From Gammaproteobacteria bacterium (lineage in GTDB: Bacteria > Pseudomonadota > Gammaproteobacteria > UBA4575): DNA of 64,000 bases. The notes beneath the pieces are model-generated. The model did not search any database, was not told where the DNA came from, and saw nothing but the letters and a program-made list of their open reading frames with translations. The stretch covers positions 1,268,123-1,332,122 of the forward strand of contig OZ244046.1 in assembly GCA_965215055.1 (NCBI GenBank). Reading direction: 5' to 3'. A program made the translations under genes and the position numbers. This document shows positions 29,665-44,479 of this stretch, in pieces; the first letter of the stretch is position 1; the number at the start of each line of letters is the position of its first letter.

Positions 29665-32491
29665 AATGGCGCAGTTCGCCCCTTCCTTCCGGCAAATTAC
29701 TCACACAGCGGCTACATAATTTAGGATGTAGCGAGTCGTTGCCTACATCTTCGCGGTAATGCCAGCAGCGAATACATTTTTTATGCCGGGATTTCTTTAC
29801 CTCGATAAAATATTCGACACCGTCAGTGTTGGATTGTTTCAATGCGGTTTGGGGCAAAGACTGATCTTCAATAACGTCGGCATAAGAGGTAATAAATATA
29901 AACCTAAGTTCATTATTAGTTATTTTTTTCAGATACTTGGGCGCGTGCCAGATTTTTACTTCGGCATCCAGCGATGACCCGATTTTCTTATCATTACGCA
30001 ATTTTTCCAGTTCCTTACCGATTTTTTCTTTACTCTCAAGTATCCCTTGCCAATCCTTGTGGTCAATTTCGCCTTCACTGTCAAATGCTTCCAGGTTATG
30101 CCATTGTTGAGTAAATATGGTTTCATCCCGTTTGCCAGGGAGGTATTGCCAAGCCTCTTCTGCAGTGTAGCTTAAAATAGGTGCGATCCAGCGCATCAGT
30201 GATTCGGCTATGTGAAACATTGCAGTCTGTGCCGACTTGCGTGCAAGGCTATCTGCTTGGGTGGTGTATTGGCGATCTTTGATGATATCAAGGTAATCGC
30301 TGCCAAGTTCTGATACACAAAAGTTGTGTATCAGGGTATAGGCTTTGTGAAACTGGTAACTTTCATAGTACTTTTTGACTTCTTCTTGTAGTTTTTTTGT
30401 TTTCCACACAATCCAATAATCCAGGGCAATCATTTTACTGACGTGCACTTGGTCGCTTTCCGGATCAAACTCATTCAGGTTGGATAATAGGTAACGAATC
30501 GTGTTGCGTATTCGTCTATATGCGTCGGAGATACGAGTAAAAATTTCATTTGACACGTTCAATTCCGCGCTGTAATCCGTAGCAGCTACCCAGAGACGTA
30601 GGATATCCGCTCCCAATGTATTGCAGATTTTTTGTGGTGCCACGGCGTTACCCTGTGACTTGGACATTTTTTTACCCTCGGCATCAACAGTGAATCCATG
30701 CGTGAGCACTTGCCGATAGGGAGCCGTGCTGTACATGGCTACGGAGGTTTTCAGGGAAGACAAAAACCATCCTCGATGTTGATCAGAACCTTCAAGATAC
30801 ATATCAATACACTGGCTTTTCTCCAAATCTATTCCCAATCTTTTTTGCGCAACCGCATAATGGCTGACTCCCGAGTCAAACCATACATCTAACGTATCCG
30901 TCACTTTTTTGTATTGATCTGCCTCGCTTCCCAACAGTTCTTTCATATCCAGGTCATACCAGACGTCTATTCCCTGCCGTTCAATTTTTTGCGCGATTTT
31001 TTCGATTAAAGGAACAGTAGCAGGGTGCAGCTTTTCTGTTTGCTTATCTACAAAAAATGTAATGGGTACTCCCCAGGTTCGTTGTCGCGATATGCACCAA
31101 TCGGGACTGTTCGTCAACATTCCTTCGATACGCGCCTTTCCCCAACTTGGTATCCAGTTCACTCTTTTAACCTGTTGATTTGCAGTTTTTAATAATCCCT
31201 TTGCATGCATGCTGATAAACCATTGCGGTGTGGCGCGATAAATTAACGGTGTTTTGGTTCGCCAGCAATGTGGAAAGCTGTGTTGAAGCTTGGCTTGACA
31301 CACTAATTTTCTATTTTTAACTAAAACGGCAATAATTTTTTCATCGACCTTATAAACGTGTTCACCTGCAAATAATTCAGTTTGGTCGTTAAAAATACCA
31401 TGATCATCAACAAGGTTAAGCGTGCCGATTCCATAAGCCTTGCCGATGGTGAAATCCTCAACACCGTGATCGGGTGCAATATGCACAGCCCCTGTTCCAG
31501 TTTCGGTAGTAACGTGCTCGCCTAGAATAAGGGGCACCGTTTTGCTATAAAAAGGATGTTGCAAGAGCACGCCTTCTAGCTGATTACCTTTGCAGCATCC
31601 TACGATTTTGTATCCTTCATACTCGTATCTTTGCAGGCAGGTTTGATATAGCGCATCAGCGAGAAGCAGTTGTTCTCTGCCGTTTTCACCTGCGCCTTCG
31701 ACTAACACATAGTCCAGGTCAGGATGCAAGGAAACAGCTTGGTTTGCGGGTAAAGTCCATGGCGTAGTAGTCCAGATCACAATTGAGACCGGGCCTCTAC
31801 CGTTGATAGAACCGAGTTTTTGTGCAAACGCCTCTTCATCTGCAACTGTAAAACGTACATCTATGGCAAAAGAGATTTTATCTTGATATTCCACCTCTGC
31901 TTCTGCAAGTGCTGAAGCACCGACGACACTCCAGTAAACTGGTTTGAAACCCCTGACGATGTGGCCTTTCGCGTAGATCTTCCCCAAGGCGCGCACAATA
32001 TCCGCTTCATAGCTGAAATCCATGCTTCGGTAAGGTTGGTTCCAGGCACCAAAAACTCCAAGTCGCTTGAAGTCCTTGCGTTGATTATCTATTTGCTTAT
32101 TAGCGTATTCCCGACATGCGTCGCGAAATTCTTTATGATTTTTTTTGATACCGACCTTGCCGATTTTTTTTTCGACTCGATGCTCAATTGGCAAACCGTG
32201 ACAGTCCCAACCTGGCACATATGGGGCGTCAAATCCAGCCAGTGTCTTACTCTTGATTATAATGTCCTTAAGAATTTTGTTTACCGCATGTCCAATGTGG
32301 ATATCGCCGTTTGCGTAAGGCGGGCCATCATGCAAAATAAACTTTTCTTTACCTTTGCGCGCCTTGCGAATTTTTTCATAAATGTTGATCTCCTCCCAGC
32401 GTTTCAACGTTTCCGGTTCACGCTGTGCAAGATTGCCTTTCATCGGAAAGGAGGTCTTTGGCAAGTTTAGCGTGTTTTTATAATCGTTCAT
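29657..32491 (-). CDS. ileS: Isoleucine--tRNA ligase (type 1)
   Basis: [21 protein letters not shown]-terminal CIRCW...CSRC; start [11 protein letters not shown] at 32491. Confidence 0.98.
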   Translation of the reverse strand: MNDYKNTLNLPKTSFPMKGNLAQREPETLKRWEEINIYEKIRKARKGKEKFILHDGPPYANGDIHIGHAVNKILKDIIIKSKTLAGFDAPYVPGWDCHGLPIEHRVEKKIGKVGIKKNHKEFRDACREYANKQIDNQRKDFKRLGVFGAWNQPYRSMDFSYEADIVRALGKIYAKGHIVRGFKPVYWSVVGASALAEAEVEYQDKISFAIDVRFTVADEEAFAQKLGSINGRGPVSIVIWTTTPWTLPANQAVSLHPDLDYVLVEGAGENGREQLLLADALYQTCLQRYEYEGYKIVGCCKGNQLEGVLLQHPFYSKTVPLILGEHVTTETGTGAVHIAPDHGVEDFTIGKAYGIGTLNLVDDHGIFNDQTELFAGEHVYKVDEKIIAVLVKNRKLVCQAKLQHSFPHCWRTKTPLIYRATPQWFISMHAKGLLKTANQQVKRVNWIPSWGKARIEGMLTNSPDWCISRQRTWGVPITFFVDKQTEKLHPATVPLIEKIAQKIERQGIDVWYDLDMKELLGSEADQYKKVTDTLDVWFDSGVSHYAVAQKRLGIDLEKSQCIDMYLEGSDQHRGWFLSSLKTSVAMYSTAPYRQVLTHGFTVDAEGKKMSKSQGNAVAPQKICNTLGADILRLWVAATDYSAELNVSNEIFTRISDAYRRIRNTIRYLLSNLNEFDPESDQVHVSKMIALDYWIVWKTKKLQEEVKKYYESYQFHKAYTLIHNFCVSELGSDYLDIIKDRQYTTQADSLARKSAQTAMFHIAESLMRWIAPILSYTAEEAWQYLPGKRDETIFTQQWHNLEAFDSEGEIDHKDWQGILESKEKIGKELEKLRNDKKIGSSLDAEVKIWHAPKYLKKITNNELRFIFITSYADVIEDQSLPQTALKQSNTDGVEYFIEVKKSRHKKCIRCWHYREDVGNDSLHPKLCSRCVSNLPEGRGELRHYA

Positions 32492-32501
32492 GTATGGTGG
32501 A

Positions 32502-33434
32502 TCATACGGCAGTATCGAAGTAGTCCTTTGCCTCTTCAACGTCACGCCGCATTTGATTTTTCAGCGCATCAAGAGAGTCAAATTTTTTTTCATCACGTAT
32601 CTTCTTGTAAAATGACACTGTAAGATGCTTACCGTAAATATCCTTTGAGAAATCAAACACGTGAACCTCGATCTGTGTACGGGCACCTCCTACGGTTGGG
32701 CGGTGGCCAACATTGGCAACGCCCAGCTTCTCCGTATCATTCTCAATCTTTACTTTTATGGCAAAAACACCATGCAAGGGTGGTTTGTTGCGCTTGACGG
32801 GGATATTCGCAGTTGGAAAGCCAATGGTATGCCCTCTCTTATCCCCATATATTACTCGGCCCGACATGTCGTACCTGCGCCCCAACTGCCGCTTCGCGGC
32901 ATCCAATCGTCCCTGTGCCAAGAGTGCTCGTATTGAAGAGCTTTCAACTCGTTTTGCATTAATGTAATAGCCTGTTGTATCTTCAACCCCGAAGTTGAAT
33001 CGGTGAGTCAGGCGTTGTAGCAATGCAAAGTCACCTTCTCTGTCTTTTCCAAAACGAAATTCATCACCTACGATAAGATGTTCGACACATAGATGATCGA
33101 CGAGAATTTTTTCTACAAAAGATTCTGCGCTTATATTTACAAAAGCTTGGTTAAATTGCAGGCAAACAAGTTGATCAACCCCCATATCTCTGATTAAACC
33201 AAATTTTTCTCGGAAATTCGTAAGCCTTGCCGGTGCCTTATCTGTCAAAAAAAACTCTTTTGTAGAGGGCTCAAAGGTAATTAACATTGAAGGCAAATTG
33301 AGTTCGCTGCTTTTACTCAGCAACTTTCTCAACACAGCTTGGTGTCCGAGATGCACGCCGTCAAAGTTACCGATAGTAGCAACGACCCTTTGCGCTTCCA
33401 GCGTTTTTGAAGGCAGGCCTCTGATTAATTGCAT
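32502..33434 (-). CDS. ribF: Bifunctional riboflavin kinase/FAD synthetase
   Basis: [17 protein letters not shown]-like [26 protein letters not shown]. Confidence 0.97.
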   Translation of the reverse strand: MQLIRGLPSKTLEAQRVVATIGNFDGVHLGHQAVLRKLLSKSSELNLPSMLITFEPSTKEFFLTDKAPARLTNFREKFGLIRDMGVDQLVCLQFNQAFVNISAESFVEKILVDHLCVEHLIVGDEFRFGKDREGDFALLQRLTHRFNFGVEDTTGYYINAKRVESSSIRALLAQGRLDAAKRQLGRRYDMSGRVIYGDKRGHTIGFPTANIPVKRNKPPLHGVFAIKVKIENDTEKLGVANVGHRPTVGGARTQIEVHVFDFSKDIYGKHLTVSFYKKIRDEKKFDSLDALKNQMRRDVEEAKDYFDTAV

Positions 33435-33486
33435 ACTGACAAATGACAGGGCCTGAAAAATGAAGTATTGATATTTGCGCTCATTG

Positions 33487-35052
33487 TTACAGGAGAATCA
33501 GGCTTTTCTTTCGTACCCCAAACAGAAACAGCGCGCTAACATACAACACTGCGCTCAGTAGCATAAGGGCCAATAGTACCAAAACACGTTCCGGCCCGTT
33601 CCAGTTTAACCACTGGTTGGGGTTGGGCAACAGCACAAACAGTGCAATGGCCATTATTAAAGTTGCCATACAGATTTGTGCCACGTACTTTAGCCAACCG
33701 AATTGCCTGAGAATTATCGCCGCGCCATCAAGTTTTCTGAACAACAAAGCAGTATTTACATATGCGGCCAGCGAGGTTGCAAATGCTAGTGCTGCATGCG
33801 GCCCTGTTAAATGCCAATGTGTCCACACCCACAAGAAGACAAGGTTCAGTACTATGTTACACAACATAGCGATAACACCTATCTTTACTGGTGTCTTAGT
33901 ATCTTGGCGGGAATAAAACCCCGATGCCAACACCTTTATTAAAATAAACGCAGGTAATCCGAGCGCATACGTCATCAGACTGAGTGCAGTCATGGAGGTA
34001 TCGGCCGCGCTGAACTGCCGGTATTGTATAAGTGATATTAAAATCGGCTTTGCCAGTATAATCAGGCCGAGCATAGCGGGCATGGCAATCAAAATGGAAA
34101 TTCGCAAGGCCCAGTCCAGCGTCTGGTTGAATCCTTCCCTAGACTGATTTACATGTTGTTTGGCCAATCTTGGCAGGATAACAGTGGTGGTGGCAACGCC
34201 GAAAATCGCCAAAGGTAACTCAACAAAGCGGTCGGACATATACAACCAGCTAATACTGCCTGCTGCCAGAAATGAAGCGATAAGCGTGTTGATCAACAAA
34301 TTAATTTGCACTACTGAGGACCCGAAAATAGCTGGGAGCATAAGGCGAATGATTTTTTTTACTCCCTCCGTTGCACCACGTAATGAAAATTCAGGTAGCA
34401 GCCCTATTTGGCGTAAAAAGGGAATTTGAAATACAAGTTGCACCACGCCACCGACGAATACTCCCCAAGCTAACGCGACAACAGGTTGTTCAAGTCTGGG
34501 TGCCAACCACAGAGTTGCCGCAATCAGTGACAGATTAAGCAAAGTTGGCGTAAAAGCCGGAACCGCGAAGCGGTTAAAGGTATTTAAGATACCTGCCGAT
34601 AAAGCAGTTAGCGATATAAAAAGGATGTAAGGAAAGGTGATACGCAGCATTTGGGTTGCCAAGTCGAAACGCCCTTCGTCATTGACGAACCCGGGTGCAA
34701 ACACATATATAAGCATAGGTGCGAGAATGACGCCCAGAATACTGACCAGGGTCAGGATTACGCCGAGCGTCCCGGCAACGTGATTAATCAAGGCCTTCAA
34801 TTCGGGTTGCGAGTGTTTTTCCCTGTATTCTGACAAGACTGGTACAAAGGCCTGCGAAAAGGCACCCTCAGCGAATAGACGACGTAGAAAATTGGGGATG
34901 CGAAATGCTACGAAAAAAGCATCAGTGCTGGCGGTTGCCCCTAAAAATATGAAAATCACTGCGTCCCTCACGTAGCCGAATATCCTTGATATGAAGGTCA
35001 TCGCACTAATTAGGGCCGTGGATTTAAACAGTGTCCGATGTTCAGCCATCAC
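33487..35052 (-). CDS. murJ: Lipid II flippase MurJ
   Basis: SRIFGYVRD, AFRIPNFLRRLFAEGAFSQAFVPVL, DRFVELP. Confidence 0.97.
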   Translation of the reverse strand: MMAEHRTLFKSTALISAMTFISRIFGYVRDAVIFIFLGATASTDAFFVAFRIPNFLRRLFAEGAFSQAFVPVLSEYREKHSQPELKALINHVAGTLGVILTLVSILGVILAPMLIYVFAPGFVNDEGRFDLATQMLRITFPYILFISLTALSAGILNTFNRFAVPAFTPTLLNLSLIAATLWLAPRLEQPVVALAWGVFVGGVVQLVFQIPFLRQIGLLPEFSLRGATEGVKKIIRLMLPAIFGSSVVQINLLINTLIASFLAAGSISWLYMSDRFVELPLAIFGVATTTVILPRLAKQHVNQSREGFNQTLDWALRISILIAMPAMLGLIILAKPILISLIQYRQFSAADTSMTALSLMTYALGLPAFILIKVLASGFYSRQDTKTPVKIGVIAMLCNIVLNLVFLWVWTHWHLTGPHAALAFATSLAAYVNTALLFRKLDGAAIILRQFGWLKYVAQICMATLIMAIALFVLLPNPNQWLNWNGPERVLVLLALMLLSAVLYVSALFLFGVRKKSLILL

Positions 35053-35160
35053 AAGTACCTTTAAGCAAAATTGAATCGTTCATGAGGTTGACATTTACAT
35101 CTCTTAACCACCATAATTCGCGGCTGCAACAACGAAACACTGGAAAAACGGGGATAGATA

Positions 35161-35421
35161 TTGGCAAACACTGCATCAGCTCGGAAATGTGCGCGACAAG
35201 CCGTGAAAAATCGCCTGCATAATAACAGTCAGCGCTCAAATTTACGTACCAGAATCAAGGCCGTAGTCAAATCTATTCACGCTGGCGATAGAAATGTTGC
35301 TGAAGAAGCCTACAAGCTGGCTGTTCCCGTCATTGACGCCGCGGTGAAAAAAAAGCTCATTCATGCCAATAAAGCAGCGCGACATAAAAGTCGCCTCAAT
35401 ACGCGCATCAAGGCCATGTAA
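35161..35421 (+). CDS. rpsT: 30S ribosomal protein S20
   Basis: ANTASARKCARQ...IHANKAARHKSRL; TTG start. Confidence 0.96.
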   Translation: MANTASARKCARQAVKNRLHNNSQRSNLRTRIKAVVKSIHAGDRNVAEEAYKLAVPVIDAAVKKKLIHANKAARHKSRLNTRIKAM

Positions 35422-35467
35422 TTCAGCGTCACCCGAAACTATTGCAACCTGCCACTAGAACCTGGAT

Positions 35468-37622
<2,155 letters not shown>

Positions 37623-37750
37623 CTACACTATTCAGAGAGATCTGAACTTATTGGTAAGAAATTTTCCGCAATATCAAAGTTCGAAAGAGTGCGCACGAAA
37701 CAAGCTACTAGCGTAGAGGCTTGTAAAATGCTTTAAGTAAGAAAGAGCGA

Positions 37751-38026
37751 TTAGGTTTCTACCTGCTGCCGTGTCGCGTCTACACGTACATATTTTCTGT
37801 TCTTTAAGCCTTTCGTTTCAAACACCACGTAGCCATCGGACTTTGCAAATAGAGTATGATCTTTCCCACAACCGACGTCCTCACCTGCATGAAAATGCGT
37901 ACCGCGTTGACGCACGATGATATTCCCTGCTCGCACTTGTTCTCCACCAAAGCGCTTTACGCCAAGTCGCTTGGATTTCGAATCGCGGCCATTGCGCGTG
38001 CTACCGCCTACCTTCTTATGTGCCAT
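37751..38026 (-). CDS. rpmA: 50S ribosomal protein L27
   Basis: [24 protein letters not shown]. Confidence 0.98.
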   Translation of the reverse strand: MAHKKVGGSTRNGRDSKSKRLGVKRFGGEQVRAGNIIVRQRGTHFHAGEDVGCGKDHTLFAKSDGYVVFETKGLKNRKYVRVDATRQQVET

Positions 38027-38037
38027 AACTGAACCCT

Positions 38038-38361
38038 CTAACTAGTGCCTCCATTAGAAATACCGGTTATCTTCACCTGCGTATAATGCTGTCTGTGCCC
38101 CATATGCTTCATGTGATGCTTTCTGCGTTTGAATTTAATGATATCAATCTTTTTAGCTCTGGCATGCTCTTGTATCTCGCCAGTAACTTCGCCGCCTTCA
38201 ACATAGGGCGTTCCAATGAAAATATTCTCACCATCCGCAAGCAACAACACCTGATCAAACACGACTTTTTCACCAGGAGCTTCATCCAGTTTTTCGATTT
38301 TTATGCGGTCTCCCTCATGGACACGGTATTGTTTGCCGCCCGTAGCAATTACTGCATACAC
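38038..38361 (-). CDS. rplU: 50S ribosomal protein L21
   Basis: [21 protein letters not shown]. Confidence 0.98.
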   Translation of the reverse strand: MYAVIATGGKQYRVHEGDRIKIEKLDEAPGEKVVFDQVLLLADGENIFIGTPYVEGGEVTGEIQEHARAKKIDIIKFKRRKHHMKHMGHRQHYTQVKITGISNGGTS

Positions 38362-38506
38362 TTACAAAGCTCCAAAATATAAACCAAGGAAAGAGCGCAA
38401 TTCTAGCGGCTGGGCTCAAACAGGTCAATTAAAAGCAGATTCTTAGGAGAAGCAATGCCGCTAAATCAGGGCATACCCAGCATGTTTAGGTATAAAATCG
38501 ACAGCT

Positions 38507-39475
38507 ATGGACTTTTCGAGCATACAGAAAATAATGGCCGAGGATATGGAGAGCGTCAATGTCATAATCCGCCGACACCTGCATTCAGACGTAGCTCTGA
38601 TTAATCAAGTGGCGCACTACATAATTGATAATGGAGGCAAGCGGTTACGCCCCCTGTTGGCGTTACTATGTGCCCGAGCTTGTGGCTATACTGGTAATCA
38701 ACATGCACTAGTAGCGGCAATCATTGAATTTATTCATGTCGCAACATTATTGCATGACGACGTTGTAGACGATTCCAGCATGCGTCGTGGTTGCAAGACC
38801 GCGAATACAGTTTGGGGAAACGAAGCCAGCGTCCTCGTCGGAGACTTCGTGTTTTCCCGGTCATTTCAAATGATGGTAGACGTTGGCGAAATGCGCGTTA
38901 TGGAAATACTTTCCTGTGCCTCCAACACCATTGCCGAAGGCGAAGTAATGCAATTATTAAGCCTTAATGACCCTGACATTACAGAAGCCCGTTACATGAA
39001 CGTGATTCAGTCGAAGACTGCAAAATTATTTGAAGCTGCATGCCAGCTTGGTGCTCTGCTCGCAAGGCAATCACAAGAAATCGAAGCTGCGTGTGCTGCT
39101 TACGGAATACATATTGGCACCGCGTTTCAACTCAAGGATGACGTGTTGGACTATCAATCTTCGCCTGATGCACTGGGTAAAAATCCCGGTGATGATTTAG
39201 CCGAGGGTAAATCTACGCTGCCATTAATTCATGCACTGCGGAACAGTAGAGAGAATGAAGCAAAAGCTCTTCGCAAAGCAGTCATCAATGGCGGTGCCCA
39301 ATACATGGACGCAGTTAAGACCGCAATTGAATCAACGAATGCCATTGCGTACACTGAAGGCATCGCTGGTGAACAAGTGCGAATTGCCAAGCAACATATC
39401 GAAGTACTGCCCGATACCCGATATCGTGATGCACTGATAGACTTGGCCGAGTTTGCGGTCTCCCGCACTTTATAA
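38507..39475 (+). CDS. ispB: Octaprenyl diphosphate synthase
   Basis: GGKRLRP, LLHDDVVD (FARM), DDVLD (SARM), DDLAEGK. Confidence 0.95.
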   Translation: MDFSSIQKIMAEDMESVNVIIRRHLHSDVALINQVAHYIIDNGGKRLRPLLALLCARACGYTGNQHALVAAIIEFIHVATLLHDDVVDDSSMRRGCKTANTVWGNEASVLVGDFVFSRSFQMMVDVGEMRVMEILSCASNTIAEGEVMQLLSLNDPDITEARYMNVIQSKTAKLFEAACQLGALLARQSQEIEAACAAYGIHIGTAFQLKDDVLDYQSSPDALGKNPGDDLAEGKSTLPLIHALRNSRENEAKALRKAVINGGAQYMDAVKTAIESTNAIAYTEGIAGEQVRIAKQHIEVLPDTRYRDALIDLAEFAVSRTL

Positions 39476-39490
39476 CCGCAACGTATCATT

Positions 39491-39567
39491 CGGAGTGTAG
39501 CTCAGCTTGGTAGAGCACTGTCTTCGGGAGGCAGGGGTCGGAGGTTCAAATCCTCTCACTCCGACCA
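39491..39567 (+). tRNA. tRNA-Pro (anticodon CGG)
   Basis: Cloverleaf: acceptor CGGAGTG/CACTCCG, D stem GCTC/GAGC, anticodon arm CTGTC-TTCGGGA-GGCAG, T arm GGAGG-TTCAAAT-CCTCT, encoded CCA. Confidence 0.96.
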
Positions 39568-39664
39568 GTCGAGGTAACGCATAGAATTTATTGGAGTTGA
39601 AGGCCTTGCGTAAGCTTGCCTGGCTTACATAGACGGTTCTCAATATTTACTCGCAAGCAACACG

Positions 39665-41047
39665 CTAATCAAGGTGTTGCAACACGGCATCCATGCTTTC
39701 TTTTGCATCCCCGAACAGCATTTCGGTATTGTCATGGAAGAACAACGGATTATCTACCCCAGCGTATCCCGACGCCATACTACGTTTCAGTACTACGCAT
39801 GTTTTAGCTTTCCAGACTTCCAGCACAGGCATACCCGCAATAGGGCTGTTGGGATCAGTTTGTGCGCTTGGGTTAACGATATCGTTTGCCCCGATCACCA
39901 GCGAAACATCCGTATCCGGAAAATCTTCATTAAGCTCATCCATTTCCAGCACAATGTCGTAAGGGACTTTTGCTTCAGCAAGCAAGACATTCATATGTCC
40001 CGGCAGACGTCCGGCAACGGGATGAATTCCAAAGCGCACGTTGATACCTTTGGCACGTAGTTTTTTAGTGATCTCACTCACCGTACCTTGGGCTTGTGCT
40101 ACCGCCATGCCATAGCCTGGCACAAAGATAACTTCGCTGGCATCTTTCAGCATTGCAGCGACTTCCTCCGCACTGGTAGAGGTCACCTCGCCTGCGTCTG
40201 CGCCGACCGAAGTTCCTCCCGAAGTACCAAAGCCACCGAGAATGACGCTCAGGAATTTTCGGTTCATGGCACGACACATAATGTAACTTAAAATCGCACC
40301 ACTGGAGCCTACCAGTGATCCAACGATAATCAGCGCAGTATTTCCCAGCATAAAGCCGGTCGCCGCCGCCGCCCAGCCCGAGTAACTGTTCAGCATGGAG
40401 ACTACAACCGGCATATCGGCGCCTCCAATGGCCATAATTAAATGAATACCGATCACAAACGCAATTACCGTCATAATCAGCAATGGAATCAAGCCAGCGT
40501 TATGTGTTTCCGCTTGCAGGAAGACGTATCCGAAATACACGCAAGCCAATATGGCAACCAGATTCAACCAATGTCTTGCAGGCAGCATAAGAGGCTTGCC
40601 ACTGATGATTCCTTTTAATTTACCAAAGGCGATCACCGAGCCGGTGAAGGTAATAGCACCAATGAACACACCGATGTACACTTCCACTTCGTGGATAATT
40701 TTTTCAGCACCCTCAAGGTGGGCATCCAGGTAACTTGAAATACCAACCAGCACTGCGGCCAGCCCTACAAAACTGTGTAGGATTGCCACCAGCTCAGGCA
40801 TTTGTGTCATCTCTACACGTGAGGCAATAAAGGCACCAATTACTCCGCCGATAATCATTGCTGGAAAAAGCTTTTCAAAGCCACCAACTTGACCGCTGAA
40901 AATGGTTGCGCCCACCGCAATCGCCATTCCCAACATACCGCAAAGGTTGCCGCGCCTGGCTGATTCTTGATGGCTCAAGCCGTTCAAGCTCAGAATAAAA
41001 AGGGCGCCTGCCGCAAGATACGATGCCGTTAATAATTGTGGGTTCAT
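39665..41047 (-). CDS. pntB: NAD(P) transhydrogenase subunit beta
   Basis: [47 protein letters not shown]. Confidence 0.98.
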   Translation of the reverse strand: MNPQLLTASYLAAGALFILSLNGLSHQESARRGNLCGMLGMAIAVGATIFSGQVGGFEKLFPAMIIGGVIGAFIASRVEMTQMPELVAILHSFVGLAAVLVGISSYLDAHLEGAEKIIHEVEVYIGVFIGAITFTGSVIAFGKLKGIISGKPLMLPARHWLNLVAILACVYFGYVFLQAETHNAGLIPLLIMTVIAFVIGIHLIMAIGGADMPVVVSMLNSYSGWAAAATGFMLGNTALIIVGSLVGSSGAILSYIMCRAMNRKFLSVILGGFGTSGGTSVGADAGEVTSTSAEEVAAMLKDASEVIFVPGYGMAVAQAQGTVSEITKKLRAKGINVRFGIHPVAGRLPGHMNVLLAEAKVPYDIVLEMDELNEDFPDTDVSLVIGANDIVNPSAQTDPNSPIAGMPVLEVWKAKTCVVLKRSMASGYAGVDNPLFFHDNTEMLFGDAKESMDAVLQHLD

Positions 41048-41106
41048 TATTTCCGCTATCCTCTAATAAAATTAAACTACGTCTTAAATATAGTTAACAT
41101 AAAAGT

Positions 41107-42675
41107 TTATTCTTCTTCCTTGCGAAACATTTGCAACATACGTTGCGTGACAAAAAATCCTCCGCCGATATTTACCGACGCAATAAGCACAGAAATAGTT
41201 GCTAACACCATGATCAGGGTAGAACTGTTGCCGATCTGCAACAATGCACCAATGATGATCACACTACTGATTGCATTCGTTACGCTCATCAGCGGTGTGT
41301 GCAGCGCAGGCGTCACGTTCCAGACTACCCAATAGCCAATAAAGCAGGACAAGACGAATACGGTAAAGTGCTGCATAAACTCTGCTGGAGCAACATCTCC
41401 CAGCCACCATAATCCCAGTGCAGCGGCAGTCAGGGTAATAGCAAACTTAATACCGCTTTTTTTCTTTTTTGGTTTTTCAGCAACAGGGGCTTCGGTAGTA
41501 GATGTCTGGGCCGGTGCCGCAGAGACTGAAATAGCAGGCGGCGGCCAGGTAATTTCACCATCCTTGATTACCGTTGTGCCGCGAATGACGTCATCCTCCA
41601 TGTCAACGACGATATTGCCGTCTTTTTCAGGTGTCATGTCTTGCAACAGATGACACAAGTTGGAGCCATACAACTGACTGGACTGCGTCGGAAGACGACT
41701 GGGCAAATCCATGTACCCGATTAACGTTACACCATGCTTGACCACGACTTCACCAGGTACAGTCAACTCGCAGTTACCGCCTTGCTCTGCCGCAAGATCG
41801 ACGATAACGCTGCCTTCTTTCATAAGCTCCACCATATCCGCCAGGATTAGCTTTGGTGCAGGTTTGCCTGGAATGAGTGCCGTAGTGATGATGATATCCA
41901 CCTCTTTGGCCTGTTCCCTGAATAACGCCATTTCGGCCGCTATGAACTCCTCGCTCATCACCTTGGCATAACCACCTGCGGTGCTGCCACCTTCTTCTTC
42001 CTCAAAATCCAACTCCAAGAACTGCGCCCCCATGCTTTCCACCTGTTGCTTTACCTCCGGGCGCGTATCAAAGGCACGCACGATGGCACCAAGGCCATTT
42101 GCAGTGCCAATGGCCGCAAGACCTGCGACACCTGCACCGATAATCATCACCTTAGCCGGCGGCACCTTGCCTGCTGCGGTAATCTGGCCAGTAAAAAAAC
42201 GTCCAAAATGGTTCGACGCCTCTATCACCGCACGATACCCAGCGATATTAGCCATAGAAGACAGGGCGTCCAGTTTTTGTGCACGTGAAATTCGGGGCAC
42301 CGCATCCATTGCCAGAACGGTAGCTTTGCGTGCCTTGAGCTGATTCAGCAACTCTTCATTTTGTGCCGGCCAGATGAAACTGACGAGCATGCCACTTTCC
42401 CTCAGGAGATCACATTCGTGTACCTCTGATACGGGATTTTTCTCAGGGGCCCGCACTTTAAGCACGATATCCGAGTCGGCCCATAATTGCTGGGCATCAT
42501 TTACAATGGTAACGCCTGCTTCACGATAGGCATCATCAGAGAATTTTGCGCGCGCGCCTGCACCCGCCTGAATTGCGCATTCAAACCCGAGTTTCTGCAG
42601 GCGCGCAGCTGTATCAGGCGTCATTGCGACGCGACATTCATTTGCATGAATTTCATTTGGGACACCAATCTTCAT
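41107..42675 (-). CDS. pntA: NAD(P) transhydrogenase subunit alpha (fused dI + TM)
   Basis: [39 protein letters not shown]. Confidence 0.98.
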   Translation of the reverse strand: MKIGVPNEIHANECRVAMTPDTAARLQKLGFECAIQAGAGARAKFSDDAYREAGVTIVNDAQQLWADSDIVLKVRAPEKNPVSEVHECDLLRESGMLVSFIWPAQNEELLNQLKARKATVLAMDAVPRISRAQKLDALSSMANIAGYRAVIEASNHFGRFFTGQITAAGKVPPAKVMIIGAGVAGLAAIGTANGLGAIVRAFDTRPEVKQQVESMGAQFLELDFEEEEGGSTAGGYAKVMSEEFIAAEMALFREQAKEVDIIITTALIPGKPAPKLILADMVELMKEGSVIVDLAAEQGGNCELTVPGEVVVKHGVTLIGYMDLPSRLPTQSSQLYGSNLCHLLQDMTPEKDGNIVVDMEDDVIRGTTVIKDGEITWPPPAISVSAAPAQTSTTEAPVAEKPKKKKSGIKFAITLTAAALGLWWLGDVAPAEFMQHFTVFVLSCFIGYWVVWNVTPALHTPLMSVTNAISSVIIIGALLQIGNSSTLIMVLATISVLIASVNIGGGFFVTQRMLQMFRKEEE

Positions 42676-42937
42676 ATTCAGTAATTCCTTGAATGATTCA
42701 AAACGATAAAATGATCAATTCCAATCCGGGTGCCATCCAAACGTGACCGGACGGGTTTCTACCGACGAAGTCGTACATGGGGAATGTTGATTGGAACGTT
42801 AATAAGTTATTCTGTTCTACGAGAGTGCTATAGTATAAAACTATCATCGCCAATGCTATAAAAATGTTTCCAGTCTGCCACAAAAATTTATAGAGAAATC
42901 ATCCTGAGCGTGACTTAATATTACGTTATCCCGCAAC

Positions 42938-44479
42938 ATGCAAGTCTCCTCTCCTGTTCATTACCCTGAAGATCTTCAGGCAGGTGCATCTTCGGTTATT
43001 GCTGCAGTTGATCTAGGTTCCAATAGTTTTCACATGGTGGTGGCTCAGGATCAACATGGACAATTAAAAGTCATCGACCGCATTCGTGAAATGGTGCGGC
43101 TGGGCGCCAACCTTGACCAATCGGGGAAATTGTCAGAAGACTCACAGGCACGCGCACTGGAATGCCTGCAGCGTTTTGGTCAGCGCCTGCGCGAAATGCA
43201 CGCGGACTCAGTGCGGGTAGTAGGTACTAACACACTGCGGCGAGCTAAAGACAGCGAGGAGTTGATTCAACGCGCGGAAGAGGCGCTCGGACATCCGATT
43301 CAGGTAATTTCAGGTGTTGAAGAGGCACGTTTGATCTATCAGGGTGCGATTCACTCTATTACCGGTCCAGATGGAAAATGGTTGATAGTGGATATTGGCG
43401 GTGGCAGCACGGAAATTATAATTGGCGAACAGGGTAAACCTTTACTGATGGAAAGCGTACAAATGGGTTGTATTGGAATAAGCGAGAGATTTTTTGCCAA
43501 CGGAGTCTTAGAGAGAAAGAAATTCAAAAGAGCCCTGGTTGAAACAAGGCTGCAGTTACAGCCCATTATATCTGCGGTAAAAAATCTGGGCTGGGAATAT
43601 GCAGTAGGCACCGCCGGTACGATTCGCACAATTGCGGAATTGATGCGTGAACTTCAATTGAGTGATCAAGGTATCACCTACAAGGGGATCAACACAATTA
43701 TTAGCAAGTTGCAAGAAGCCGAAAATATCAGGTATGTCAAATTCGACAATCTGGCAAAAGAGCGCAACCCTGTTTTTGCTGGCGGGGTAGTCATACTCAA
43801 GGCAATTTTCAAAGAACTCGGCATCAAACAAATGGTTGCCTCAGAGGGAGGGCTGCGTGAAGGTCTGCTGTTTGATCTGGCCGGCAGGATTCATCATCAG
43901 GACACACGTGATCGCACGGTATATTCTTTGATGCGCCGTTATCACGTTGATTTCAGGCATGCGGCGAGGATTAAAACCACCACGCTCCACCTTGTAGACA
44001 AACTTTCAAGTATTTGGAAAATCGACAATAATCTTGCGTACCAGTTTTTGATCTGGGCGGCAGACCTGCATGAGATAGGTCTGGACATCTCTCATTCCCG
44101 CTATCATCAGCATGGCGCATACTTGTTAAATAATGCGGATTTACCCGGATTTTCATGGAATGAGCAGCGATTGCTTGCCTGCCTGGTGGGCAACCACCGC
44201 CGCAAAATCAATCCTGTTATAATTGATCAACTTCCCTCGCGCTGGCAGGAACAAGTCATGTACATGATCGTGATTTTACGTCTTGCCGTACTGATTAATC
44301 GTGATCGTACGCCTAAAAAAATCCCGCCGATTAAAATATGTGAAAACCAGGGGAATCTGGACATACGCTTTGTTCACAAGTGGCTGGCAAAACACCCTTT
44401 AACTGTCGCCGAACTCGAACGGGAAAAAGTCTACTTGAAGGCCTTGAGTATAAATGTCGAGATTAACAGTTTACGTTAG
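42938..44479 (+). CDS. ppx: Exopolyphosphatase Ppx/GppA with C-terminal HD-like domain
   Basis: VDLGSNSFH, ISGVEEARL, DIGGGSTE, GGLREG, DLHEIG. Confidence 0.95.
   Translation: MQVSSPVHYPEDLQAGASSVIAAVDLGSNSFHMVVAQDQHGQLKVIDRIREMVRLGANLDQSGKLSEDSQARALECLQRFGQRLREMHADSVRVVGTNTLRRAKDSEELIQRAEEALGHPIQVISGVEEARLIYQGAIHSITGPDGKWLIVDIGGGSTEIIIGEQGKPLLMESVQMGCIGISERFFANGVLERKKFKRALVETRLQLQPIISAVKNLGWEYAVGTAGTIRTIAELMRELQLSDQGITYKGINTIISKLQEAENIRYVKFDNLAKERNPVFAGGVVILKAIFKELGIKQMVASEGGLREGLLFDLAGRIHHQDTRDRTVYSLMRRYHVDFRHAARIKTTTLHLVDKLSSIWKIDNNLAYQFLIWAADLHEIGLDISHSRYHQHGAYLLNNADLPGFSWNEQRLLACLVGNHRRKINPVIIDQLPSRWQEQVMYMIVILRLAVLINRDRTPKKIPPIKICENQGNLDIRFVHKWLAKHPLTVAELEREKVYLKALSINVEINSLR

Noticed and set aside
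39491-39664. tRNA-Pro as integration site for the downstream pnt/pho region
   Set aside because: No integrase and no duplicated tRNA 3' end seen at the far side (59546-59919)
44476-44479. ppx and ppk1 stop codons interlock in TTAG
   Set aside because: Convergent ppk/ppx is a known arrangement and short stop overlaps are common
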